32,000 nucleotides of DNA from Candidatus Saccharimonadota bacterium (GCA_016432445.1 CP066689.1:390001-422000); one strand, 5' to 3'. Shown: positions 1-7,476, counted from the stretch's first letter. The notes: generated by a model from the letters alone, not told the origin. Made by a program: numbers and translations.

Positions 1-574
1 GAGGCAATAAAATAATAAAGACAAAAGGCATAAGTAAATAGATAGTTGATATTACATTTTTGAGAATATCATTAATTTCCTCGACCTTTGCCTTATCGAT
101 AATTATCGAATCCTTATCGAATGAGTTAATAATATATTTATTTTTATCAAATAGACTTCTTGAAATTACAGCTTCATGAGTTAATAGAGTTAGTGCGTTA
201 TAATCCTTTATGGAAGTTTGAGTGCCATTTTCGTCAATGACTAATAGAAGTATTTTCTTTTGATTGTTATCCATCCACATAAAATAAGGCCGGTTGTAGT
301 TCGTAGTTAATTTGCCATTTTTTATGGAAATGATTAAATCATCTGGAAAAGCAGCTAAGCTTTTATAAAAATTGGTGCTGGCAAGAGAAAAATTTTGAAA
401 AAGATTAAATTTGAAAGCGTAGATGCAAACAAAAACTAAATAAACAATAATTGAAAGAAACAAAAAATATTTTAAAGAAAAGCTAAATTTTGTTTTAATC
501 AGTTTATGATAAAAAGGTTGATGCGGCAATAGACTGCTTCTAAATACGTAAAAAAAGGTCTTGACTTTTTTCAT
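1..574 (-). CDS. Membrane protein, tentatively DUF1189-like; the 3' end runs off the window start (not in the supplied ORF track)
   Basis: Minus-strand frame (plus triplets at positions 2 mod 3) has no stop from 574 down to nt 2. ATG at 574-572, in-frame upstream stop at 622-620. Translation: MKKVKTFFYVFRSSLLPHQPFYHKLIKTKFSFSLKYFLFLSIIVYLVFVCIYAFKFNLFQ...IDENGTQTSIKDYNALTLL...STIYLLMPFVFIILLP, with clear hydrophobic helices. The family call is from memory of the N-terminal pattern only. Confidence 0.6.
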   Translation of the reverse strand, partial: MKKVKTFFYVFRSSLLPHQPFYHKLIKTKFSFSLKYFLFLSIIVYLVFVCIYAFKFNLFQNFSLASTNFYKSLAAFPDDLIISIKNGKLTTNYNRPYFMWMDNNQKKILLLVIDENGTQTSIKDYNALTLLTHEAVISRSLFDKNKYIINSFDKDSIIIDKAKVEEINDILKNVISTIYLLMPFVFIILLP

Positions 575-589
575 ATTTAGAATTATGAT
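561..589 (+). promoter_or_regulatory. Putative sigma70-type promoter for tuf
   Basis: TTGACT (561-566), 17-nt spacer, TATGAT (584-589). This would give a leader of about 100 nt before the tuf ATG at 698. Confidence 0.35.
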
Positions 590-613
590 ATGTAGGTAGA
601 GGAAAAATATCAA
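585..613 (-). promoter_or_regulatory. Putative divergent promoter for the 1-574 gene
   Basis: On the minus strand: TTGATA (613-608), 17-nt spacer, TATCAT (590-585), ending 10 nt before the ATG at 574. The transcript would be nearly leaderless. Confidence 0.3.
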
Positions 614-697
614 CAGTATTTACTCCATTAAAAATATTGGAGTTAGTTATTTTTTTAGTAGCATTTTCCCTATTATTTAAAAGTTATATTTTTTATT

Positions 698-1882
698 ATG
701 GCAGAAGGTGTATTCAAGAGAACTAAACCTCATATAAATATTGGTACTATTGGTCATGTCGATCATGGTAAAACTACGACAACTTCAGCAATTCATTATG
801 TTCTTTCAAAAAAAGGAACAGCTAAATTCTTAAAATATGAAGAAATTGATAAAGCTCCTGAGGAAAAAGCAAGAGGAGTCACTATTAATATCCATCATTC
901 AGAATACGAAACTGATAAAAGACATTATGCACATATTGATGCTCCAGGACATGCTGATTACATAAAAAATATGATTACAGGAGCCGCTCAAATGGATGGA
1001 GCTATACTAGTAGTATCTGCTCCTGATGGTCCAATGCCTCAGACAAGAGAACATATTTTATTGGCAAGACAGGTTAATGTGCCCGCTATAGTTGTTTACC
1101 TAAACAAAATAGATATGGTTCAGGATAAAGAAATCGTTGAACTTGTTGAGATGGAAGTAAGAGATCTCTTGAAGAAATACGGATATCCTGGAGATGATGT
1201 TCCTGTCATCAAAGGGTCTTCTCTTAAGGCCTTACAAGATGATCCCGAATCAATAAAAGCCATTGAAGATCTTATGAAAGCCGTTGATGAATATATTCCA
1301 GAACCAGTTCGTCCGGTTGATAAACCATTTTTAATGCCTGTTGAGGATGTCTTCACCATTCAAGGAAGAGGTACTGTTGTCACAGGTAGAGTTGAAAGAG
1401 GAGTTCTTAAAGTAAACGAAGAGATTGAGATTGTTGGAGTAAAAGCAACAAAAAAAACGGTTGTTACTGGTATTGAGATGTTTAGAAAAACATTAGATGA
1501 AGCTCGAGCCGGAGACAACACTGGTTTGCTTTTAAGAGGAGTAGAAAAGACTGATGTTGAAAGAGGTCAGGTTATTGCCAAACCAGGTTCAGTTACTCCA
1601 CATACAGAGTTTGATGCACAAATTTATGTTTTAACAAAAGAAGAAGGTGGAAGACACACGCCATTTTTCAAAGGTTATCGTCCTCAATTTTACATAAGAA
1701 CAACTGATGTAACAGGAGAACTTAATTTACCTGAAGGTGTTGAGATGGTGATGCCTGGTGACGATGTAAAAATTTCAGCTAAATTAATTTACCCAATTGC
1801 CTTGGAAGAAGGGCTTAAGTTTGCCGTTCGAGAAGGCGGTCATACCGTTGGAGCAGGAGTAGTCACCAAGGTAATTAAGTAA
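698..1882 (+). CDS. tuf: Elongation factor Tu
   Basis: 394 aa. G1 [10 protein letters not shown]3 DAPGH, G4 NKID, and EF-Tu-like sequence throughout. Confidence 0.98.
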   Translation: MAEGVFKRTKPHINIGTIGHVDHGKTTTTSAIHYVLSKKGTAKFLKYEEIDKAPEEKARGVTINIHHSEYETDKRHYAHIDAPGHADYIKNMITGAAQMDGAILVVSAPDGPMPQTREHILLARQVNVPAIVVYLNKIDMVQDKEIVELVEMEVRDLLKKYGYPGDDVPVIKGSSLKALQDDPESIKAIEDLMKAVDEYIPEPVRPVDKPFLMPVEDVFTIQGRGTVVTGRVERGVLKVNEEIEIVGVKATKKTVVTGIEMFRKTLDEARAGDNTGLLLRGVEKTDVERGQVIAKPGSVTPHTEFDAQIYVLTKEEGGRHTPFFKGYRPQFYIRTTDVTGELNLPEGVEMVMPGDDVKISAKLIYPIALEEGLKFAVREGGHTVGAGVVTKVIK

Positions 1883-1893
1883 TCATATAACGG

Positions 1894-1929
1894 GTATAAT
1901 GGTTATAACAATTATAACTGTTATAATTG
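1894..1929. repeat. Array of four (N)TTATAA units with 9-nt period, ending in a 21-nt near-palindrome
   Basis: GTATAA 1894-1899, GTTATAA 1902-1908, ATTATAA 1911-1917, GTTATAA 1920-1926. CAATTATAAC-T-GTTATAATTG at 1909-1929. Confidence 0.8.
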
Positions 1930-1957
1930 TCGAAAAATTAAGTTTGCACTTTTAAAT

Positions 1958-2266
1958 ATGCCAAAAGGAAGAATTAGAATTAAACTGAAAGCATACGATC
2001 ATCGATTGGTTGATGAAACGTGTCAAAAAATAGTAGATTCGGCAATAAAAACTGGCGCTTCAGTAAAAGGTCCAATACCGCTTCCAACTAAAAGCGAGGT
2101 TTGGGCGATAAATAAATCACCCTTTATAGAAAAAGATGCCCGTGATCACTTTGGCTTAAAAATTCACAAAAGACTCCTTGATATTGTTAATCCCACAAAC
2201 CAAACAATAGACTCTCTTATGCACCTTGAACTTCCAGCCGGTGTTGAGGTTGAAGTAAAGATGTAA
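1958..2266 (+). CDS. rpsJ: 30S ribosomal protein S10
   Basis: 102 aa, RIRIKLKAYDHRLVD...KGPIPLPT typical of S10. Confidence 0.97.
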   Translation: MPKGRIRIKLKAYDHRLVDETCQKIVDSAIKTGASVKGPIPLPTKSEVWAINKSPFIEKDARDHFGLKIHKRLLDIVNPTNQTIDSLMHLELPAGVEVEVKM

Positions 2267-2275
2267 TAATTCTTG

Positions 2276-2304
2276 TTGATCTTCGTGAATTCTTATTATA
2301 TAAT
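2276..2304 (+). promoter_or_regulatory. Putative promoter inside the rpsJ-rplC spacer
   Basis: TTGATC (2276-2281), 17-nt spacer, TATAAT (2299-2304). Confidence 0.35.
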
Positions 2305-2374
2305 TGTTCTTAATGTTATATTTCCTTATTGAGGAAATAATGTTTTAGTGCTTAATTTCGGATTGGTTTTAGAT

Positions 2375-2399
2375 GCCCCAATCTGGGGCTATTTTTTTT
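2375..2399 (+). terminator. Intrinsic-terminator-like hairpin, possible attenuator upstream of rplC
   Basis: GCCCCA (2375-2380), loop ATC, TGGGGC (2384-2389), then TA and a run of 8 T (2392-2399). Confidence 0.55.
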
Positions 2400-2403
2400 G
2401 GTA

Positions 2404-2444
2404 CATTCGATTACCTCAGCATCAACCCTGAGCAAGGTCGAATG
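2404..2444 (+). promoter_or_regulatory. Structured leader hairpin just upstream of rplC
   Basis: CATTCGA (2404-2410) pairs with TCGAATG (2438-2444). Inner CTCAG/CTGAG pairing. Lies 24 nt before the rplC ATG. Confidence 0.4.
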
Positions 2445-2467
2445 GGTTGATTATTTAATATATATTT

Positions 2468-3142
2468 ATGTCAGGCTTTAGCTTAGGAAAAAAATCACAT
2501 CAGTCTCAGATATTTACGCAAGAAGGGATGAGAATTCCCACGACGTTTATTAAAACTAGGCCATGTTATTTAGTCAATATTCAATGGCACCAGCCTAATT
2601 ATTTTGCAGTTACTTTAGGATTTGGTCTTACCAAAAATATTAAAAAATCAATAAAAGGCCAATTAGAGAAAGCGGGGATAAAAACCCCGCTTCGCTTTTT
2701 AAAAGAGATAAGGATTGATCCTGAAAAAAATGAAACAAGTTTAATTGAGGAAGAAGGAAAAAAAGGATTGGCGTTAGATGATAAAAAAATATTTATTGGT
2801 GACGAAATAAAAACTTCTTTACTTTTTAAAAAGGATGATAAAGTGACTGTAAGTGGTACTTCTAAGGGTAAAGGTTTTCAAGGAGTAGTCAAAAGACATG
2901 GATTTGCCGGTGGACCTAAAACACACGGTCAATCTGACCGTCATCGTGCACCAGGTTCAATTGGTCAAACAACCACTCCAGGAAGAGTGTACAAAGGAAA
3001 AAGAATGGCCGGACGAATGGGAGGAGAAAGAGTAACCGTAGCAAATCTTATTGTTATTGAGGCAAATGATGAAGGTTTAATTATTAAAGGACTTGTACCT
3101 GGAGGAGTAAATGGATTATTAGAGATTAGAGGATCAATATAA
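2468..3142 (+). CDS. rplC: 50S ribosomal protein L3
   Basis: 224 aa. GKGFQGVVKRHGF.GGP.THG and the SIG..TTPGRV motif. Confidence 0.96.
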   Translation: MSGFSLGKKSHQSQIFTQEGMRIPTTFIKTRPCYLVNIQWHQPNYFAVTLGFGLTKNIKKSIKGQLEKAGIKTPLRFLKEIRIDPEKNETSLIEEEGKKGLALDDKKIFIGDEIKTSLLFKKDDKVTVSGTSKGKGFQGVVKRHGFAGGPKTHGQSDRHRAPGSIGQTTTPGRVYKGKRMAGRMGGERVTVANLIVIEANDEGLIIKGLVPGGVNGLLEIRGSI

Positions 3143-3144
3143 TC

Positions 3145-3178
3145 GTTATAACAATTATAAACTTTATAAAAGTTATAT
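3145..3178. repeat. Array of four NTTATAA units with 9-nt period
   Basis: GTTATAA 3145, ATTATAA 3154, TTTATAA 3163, GTTATAT 3172. Starts 2 nt after the rplC stop. Confidence 0.8.
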
Positions 3179-3185
3179 ATACAAA

Positions 3186-3866
3186 ATGCCCAAAAAATCG
3201 ATAAAAGAAACAAAAAAATCTACTTTAAGCATTCCAGTTTATGATTTAAATGGTAAAGTTGAGAAAAATTTAGATTTAACTGAGAAGATTTTTGCTGTTG
3301 ATGGCAATTCTAAATTATTGTCTCAATATGTGAGAGTTTATCTCTCCAATCAAAGACAAGGGACAGCTTCAACCAAAACAAGAGGAGAGGTAGCGGGAAC
3401 AACCAAAAAAATTTATAAGCAAAAAGGTACTGGAAGAGCTAGACACGGAGCAAAAAAGGCACCAATATTTATCGGAGGAGGGGTTACCGGCGGACCAAAA
3501 CCAAAAGATTACTCATTAAAGATGAATAAAAAGCAGAAAAGAAAAGCACTCTTTTATTCTTTGAGTCAGAAATTAAAAAATAATTCTGTCTTAGGTTTAG
3601 TCAACAACGCTTTGGAAATAAAACCTAAAACAAAGCTTATGTCCAATTTTTTAAATTCCGTAGATTTAAAAAATAAAAAAATTCTTTTAGTTCTTCCGGA
3701 AAAGAAGGGCGATTTATTTTTAGCTTCTAGAAATTTAAAAAATTTAGCTATATTACCGGTTGAAAGTATCAACGCTTATTCAGTAATGAAACACGAAAAA
3801 GTTTTATTTACAGAAAAATCGATAGAAAGACTTACAAAGCATTTCTTAAAAGAAAATGAAAGTTAA
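3186..3866 (+). CDS. rplD: 50S ribosomal protein L4
   Basis: 226 aa. KQKGTGRARHG motif and the L3-L4-L23 context. Confidence 0.95.
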   Translation: MPKKSIKETKKSTLSIPVYDLNGKVEKNLDLTEKIFAVDGNSKLLSQYVRVYLSNQRQGTASTKTRGEVAGTTKKIYKQKGTGRARHGAKKAPIFIGGGVTGGPKPKDYSLKMNKKQKRKALFYSLSQKLKNNSVLGLVNNALEIKPKTKLMSNFLNSVDLKNKKILLVLPEKKGDLFLASRNLKNLAILPVESINAYSVMKHEKVLFTEKSIERLTKHFLKENES

Positions 3867-4143
3867 TAATATTTTAATAAAACCAGTTTTGACTGAAAAA
3901 GTTTCTCAGGCTGTAAAAGATAATACTTACGCTTTTGAGGTTAATCCAAAAGCTAGTAAAACTCAAATAGCTAATTTTTTAGAGAAACTTTATAAAGTTA
4001 AAGTAAAAGAAGTAAGAATTTTAAATAGAGTAGGAAAATTAAAAAAAGTTGGCCGGAAAATGCAAGAAAAAAAATCTGCTAATCGGAAAATTGCTTATGT
4101 GCAGCTTATATCCGGCAGTTTTGATTTTTTCCCAAAAAGCTAG
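3856..4143 (+). CDS. rplW: 50S ribosomal protein L23
   Basis: 95 aa. ILIKPVLTEK start and operon position. Overlaps rplD by 11 nt. Confidence 0.93.
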   Translation: MKVNNILIKPVLTEKVSQAVKDNTYAFEVNPKASKTQIANFLEKLYKVKVKEVRILNRVGKLKKVGRKMQEKKSANRKIAYVQLISGSFDFFPKS

Positions 4144-4146
4144 TTA

Positions 4147-4204
4147 GTTATGGGTTATGAGTTGTGAGTTTTGGGCCAAAAACCCAGAACCAATAACTCA
4201 GAAC
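4147..4204. repeat. 58-nt heptad-array imperfect palindrome (GTTNTGR family), copy 1
   Basis: GTTATGG GTTATGA GTTGTGA GTTTTGG GCC, then the inverted arm AAAAACC CAGAACC AATAACT CAGAAC. 21 of 26 stem positions can pair, counting one G-U. Confidence 0.85.
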
Positions 4205-4216
4205 GAGTTAGCAAAT

Positions 4217-5002
4217 ATGAAAAGATTAATAAAAAAAAGAATATTTTCAAATAGAGTTGAACCTGAAAAGAGTTTGATTGTCATCCTAAAAAAACATTCA
4301 GGCAGGGATAATAGCGGATCAATTTCAACAAGACATCAAGGAGGAAGACAAAAAAGGTATTACCGAATAATAGATTTTACTAGAAATAAAAGGAACATAG
4401 AAGGAGTGGTAGAAGGAATTGAGTATGATCCAAACAGAAATGCCGATATTGCACTTATTAAATATGAGGATGGTGAGAAACGATATATTTTACATCCAAA
4501 AGATTTAAAAGTCGGAGATAAAATTATTGCTGGCGAAAATGTAGAAATTAAAATCGGTAACGCTTTGCCTTTAGGGAATGTTCCTATTGGTATGCCAGTT
4601 CACAATGTTGAGATTCAACCTGGTCAAGGAGGAAAAATAGTTAGGGGAGCTGGTACTTCCGCTCAGGTGGTAGCTAAAGAGGATAAATATGTTCATCTCA
4701 AATTGCCATCAGGCGAAGTGAAAAAATTTATGAGAGATAATTGGGCAACCATTGGCACAATCGGTAATATCGGACATAAAGAAGAAATTATTGGAAAAGC
4801 TGGAAGAAAGATATTAATGGGTATAAGACCAACAGTAAGAGGAACAGCTCAAAATCCTCGAAGTCATCCACATGGAGGTGGAGAAGGCCGGTCGGGAGAG
4901 GGTATGCATCCTAAAACACCTTGGGGTAAGCCAGCAAGAGGCAAAAGGACACGCAATAAAAATAAATGGACTAATAAATTAATAGTCAAAAGAAGAAAAT
5001 AA
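4217..5002 (+). CDS. rplB: 50S ribosomal protein L2
   Basis: HPHGGGEG motif. Start trimmed to the ATG at 4217 (MKRLIKK...) because the ORF-track start at 4157 lies inside the repeat element. Confidence 0.95.
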   Translation: MKRLIKKRIFSNRVEPEKSLIVILKKHSGRDNSGSISTRHQGGRQKRYYRIIDFTRNKRNIEGVVEGIEYDPNRNADIALIKYEDGEKRYILHPKDLKVGDKIIAGENVEIKIGNALPLGNVPIGMPVHNVEIQPGQGGKIVRGAGTSAQVVAKEDKYVHLKLPSGEVKKFMRDNWATIGTIGNIGHKEEIIGKAGRKILMGIRPTVRGTAQNPRSHPHGGGEGRSGEGMHPKTPWGKPARGKRTRNKNKWTNKLIVKRRK

Positions 5003-5003
5003 T

Positions 5004-5480
5004 ATGGAATCTGTAACTTATCTTAAAAATCAAAAAATTTCACCAAAAAAATTGAGGTTCATTTTACCTCAAATTAGAAAAGTGAGCCCGGCGCAAGCCT
5101 TAGGAGTATTAGCCTTTATGCACCAAAAACCGGCAAGAGTACTTTATAAAGCAATAAAATCAGCGGTTTCTAATGCTAAACAGACTTTAAAAGTAACTGA
5201 AAATTTGCTACAATTTAAAGTTTTAAGTATTGATCAAGGGCATGTGTTAAGAAGATATAATCCTGGTAGCCGCGGAAGTGCCATGCCTTATAAAAAAAGG
5301 TTCGCTCACATAAAAATAGTTTTACAGGCAAAGACAGTTATTCCTGTAGTGAAGGCTCCTCTTCGTCCACGACCTTCGGTCGAGACTACGAATGGGCAAG
5401 CACTTCAAGTCAAGGAGAAAGCAGTTAAAGTTAAAAGACAGGCTAAGGTAAGAATTACAAAGAAAACTGTTAATAAATAA
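5004..5480 (+). CDS. rplV: 50S ribosomal protein L22 with a basic C-terminal extension
   Basis: 158 aa. ISPKKLRF...A..VLYKAIKSA..NA core, followed by about 45 extra residues. Confidence 0.93.
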   Translation: MESVTYLKNQKISPKKLRFILPQIRKVSPAQALGVLAFMHQKPARVLYKAIKSAVSNAKQTLKVTENLLQFKVLSIDQGHVLRRYNPGSRGSAMPYKKRFAHIKIVLQAKTVIPVVKAPLRPRPSVETTNGQALQVKEKAVKVKRQAKVRITKKTVNK

Positions 5481-5491
5481 TTGATATAAAT

Positions 5492-6133
5492 ATGGGACAA
5501 AAAGTACATCCAAAAGGTTTACGTTTAGGAGTTTTATACAACTGGAATTCTCGGTGGTTTTTCTCTAATAAAAAAGCTTATAGAGAAGCTCTTATTTCTG
5601 ATATCCGTATCAGAGAAACTTTAATGAAAAAATTTAGTTTTGCCTCAGTAACTCAAGTGGATATTGAAAGAGCAATCAATAAAATTACGGTTATTCTTTA
5701 TTCAGTAAAACCTGGAATGATAATCGGAAGAGGCGGTAAGGGTTTAGAAGATGTTAAAAATCTTGTCCTTTTTTACATAAAGAAGATTGGAACTAAAGGT
5801 AAAGAGAACAAAATTGATATTAAAATTGAGCCAGTAAAAAAACCTTATCTTAGTGCTTATTACGTAGCACAATCTATAGCAGATAAATTAATCCGCAATT
5901 TTCCTCATCGATCTGCGGTTCATAATGCAATGAATCGAGTGATGGAGGCAGGAGCTAAAGGTGTAAAAATACAGCTTGGTGGAAGAATAGGAGGCGCGGA
6001 TATTTCAAGAAGAGAAAAATATTTTCAGGGTACTATTCCTACATCTACCATTAGAGAAGATGTAGACTTTGCAAAATATCCATCTTTAACAAGATCAGGA
6101 TATATTGGAGTTAAGGTATGGATCTGTAAATAA
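5492..6133 (+). CDS. rpsC: 30S ribosomal protein S3
   Basis: MGQKVHPKGLRLG start and a KH domain with GMIIGRGG. Confidence 0.96.
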   Translation: MGQKVHPKGLRLGVLYNWNSRWFFSNKKAYREALISDIRIRETLMKKFSFASVTQVDIERAINKITVILYSVKPGMIIGRGGKGLEDVKNLVLFYIKKIGTKGKENKIDIKIEPVKKPYLSAYYVAQSIADKLIRNFPHRSAVHNAMNRVMEAGAKGVKIQLGGRIGGADISRREKYFQGTIPTSTIREDVDFAKYPSLTRSGYIGVKVWICK

Positions 6134-6136
6134 TTT

Positions 6137-6190
6137 GATTTACGATTTATGATTCAGGATTCATGAATCTTAAATCTTGAATCGCAATAC
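6137..6190. repeat. Heptad-array imperfect palindrome (GATTNAN family)
   Basis: GATTTAC GATTTAT GATTCAG GATTCAT, then the inverted arm GAATCTT AAATCTT GAATCGC. Perfect 12-bp core GATTCATGAATC at 6158-6169. Most flanking positions pair. Confidence 0.8.
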
Positions 6191-6194
6191 AAAT

Positions 6195-6605
6195 ATGTTA
6201 GCACCTAAAAGACAAAAACATCGCAAACAATTTAGAGGAATTTGGAGAAGGATTGCTATAAAGGGTGAAAAACTTAATTTTGCCAGTTACGGATTAATAT
6301 CAGTTCAGGCGGGTTGGATAAAAGATAAGCAGATAGAATCAGCACGAGTTGTTTTAGCAAGAGCGACAAGAAAAAATGGAAAATTTTGGATAAGAGTTTT
6401 TCCTGATAAACCATTTACTAAAAAGCCCCCTGAGGTAACCATGGGAGCCGGAAAAGGAGATGTAGCTTATTTTGTGGCACCTGTAGTCCCTGGTAGAGTG
6501 CTTTTTGAAATAGATGGTTTAAATGAAGAAACATCAAGAAAAGTGTTAAAAAATGTTTCAGCTAAGTTAGCACTTAAAACAAAATTTGTAAGCAAATCTA
6601 TATGA
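6195..6605 (+). CDS. rplP: 50S ribosomal protein L16
   Basis: MLAPKRQKHRKQFRG start. The ORF-track start at 6177 lies inside the repeat, so the ATG at 6195 is preferred. Confidence 0.95.
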   Translation: MLAPKRQKHRKQFRGIWRRIAIKGEKLNFASYGLISVQAGWIKDKQIESARVVLARATRKNGKFWIRVFPDKPFTKKPPEVTMGAGKGDVAYFVAPVVPGRVLFEIDGLNEETSRKVLKNVSAKLALKTKFVSKSI

Positions 6606-6814
6606 AAAATGTTATTAAAGAACTAAATCAAAAAAATATTAAAGAATTAGATAAAGAAGCACAATCTCTCAGAGAAGAGATAGCTAAAACTAAGTTGGAT
6701 TGGACAGCTAATCAGCCTAAAGATACCAATATTTTAATAAAAAAGAAAAAAAAATTGTCGCAAATTTTAACTGTACTACAGCAAAAAGTAGAGTTAGAAA
6801 AATTAAATAAGTAA
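6602..6814 (+). CDS. rpmC: 50S ribosomal protein L29
   Basis: 70 aa, coiled-coil L29-like sequence. ATGA overlap with rplP. Operon position. Confidence 0.88.
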   Translation: MKNVIKELNQKNIKELDKEAQSLREEIAKTKLDWTANQPKDTNILIKKKKKLSQILTVLQQKVELEKLNK

Positions 6815-6834
6815 ATAAAAGTTATTTTATTATT

Positions 6835-7065
6835 ATGAGCAGAATTTTTACAGGTACTGTGGTTTCAAACAAAATGAACAAAACAGTTGTTGTCAGCGTG
6901 GAAAGAAAATTAAGACACCCGTTTTATAAAAAAGTTATAACCAGACATAATAAGTTAAAAGCTCACAATGAGATTGAGGGTATTAAAGAAGGTGACGTAG
7001 TTAATATTAAAGAAATAAAACCAATTTCTAAGAATAAAAATTTTATAGTAATAAAAAAAATTTAA
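6835..7065 (+). CDS. rpsQ: 30S ribosomal protein S17
   Basis: 76 aa, G.VVS.KM.KT.VV.VER...HP.Y.K pattern. Confidence 0.94.
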   Translation: MSRIFTGTVVSNKMNKTVVVSVERKLRHPFYKKVITRHNKLKAHNEIEGIKEGDVVNIKEIKPISKNKNFIVIKKI

Positions 7066-7067
7066 TC

Positions 7068-7102
7068 GTTATAACGGTTATCAAAATTATAAAAGTTATA
7101 TG
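7068..7102. repeat. Array of four NTTATAA units with 9-nt period
   Basis: GTTATAA 7068, GTTATCA 7077, ATTATAA 7086, GTTATATG 7095. The last unit contains the rplN ATG. The spacer is near-identical in layout to 3143-3185. Confidence 0.8.
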
Positions 7103-7474
7103 TTGCAACTAAGAAGCATACTGAATGTGGCTGACAATACCGGAGCAAAAAAAGTAGAGATGATTGGTATTCCTAAAAAAGGTAATAAGAAACGAGCTAT
7201 TATTGGAGATGTAATCACTGGTGTTGTTAAAGAAGCTTTGCCTTTTGGACAAATTAAAAAAGGAGAGATTATTTATGCAGTGATTGTTAGAACTAGAAAA
7301 GAAAAGAAAAGAAATGACGGTAGTTATATCAGATTTGATGATAATGCATGCGTTATTTTGCAATTAAAAGACAGCAAAGATCCGCGAGGGACAAGAGTTT
7401 TTGGTCCTATAGCAAAAGAGATTAAGGATCTAGGTTTTAATAAAATTGCTAGTTTAGCTGAGGAAATGTATTAA
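7100..7474 (+). CDS. rplN: 50S ribosomal protein L14
   Basis: 124 aa, L.VADNTGAK motif. Confidence 0.96.
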   Translation: MLQLRSILNVADNTGAKKVEMIGIPKKGNKKRAIIGDVITGVVKEALPFGQIKKGEIIYAVIVRTRKEKKRNDGSYIRFDDNACVILQLKDSKDPRGTRVFGPIAKEIKDLGFNKIASLAEEMY

Positions 7475-7476
7475 CT

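Noticed and set aside
622-657. Hairpin ACTCCA/TGGAGT plus T-run in the tuf leader as a bona fide terminator
   Set aside because: The stem is only 6 bp and AT-rich with a 10-nt loop, and the T-run starts 6 nt after the stem. It is mentioned only as a possible leader structure.
620-665. An earlier reading of the minus-strand gene as extending to an ATG at 665
   Set aside because: That reading came from miscounting an A-run (7 A at 550-556). In the correct frame the ATG is at 574 and an in-frame stop lies at 622-620.
1120-1359. Minus-strand ORFs from the track that lie inside plus-strand conserved genes: 1120-1359, 2965-3213, 3566-3772, 5322-5513, 7109-7363, 8350-8544, 8967-9257, 12021-12284, 16469-16675, 16994-17302, 17639-17905, 21618-21854, 22336-22539, 24005-24232, 28151-28396
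   Set aside because: Each is antisense to a gene with unmistakable homology. Their translations are low-complexity (S/F/I/L-rich), and AT-rich DNA yields such shadow ORFs by chance.
4147-4204. Whether the heptad or 9-nt arrays are CRISPR arrays or minisatellites
   Set aside because: The units are 7-9 nt with no spacers, there are only about four copies per arm, and no cas genes are present. They are better described as short inverted-repeat spacer elements.
4157-4216. N-terminal extensions of ORF-track models for rplB (4157), rplP (6177), rplE (7764), rplF (9188) and the GT2 gene (TTG at 18717)
   Set aside because: The extensions start inside repeat elements or overlap the preceding gene, and they add residues absent from the conserved N-termini. 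Internal ATGs at 4217, 6195, 7785, 9218 and 18729 fit better.
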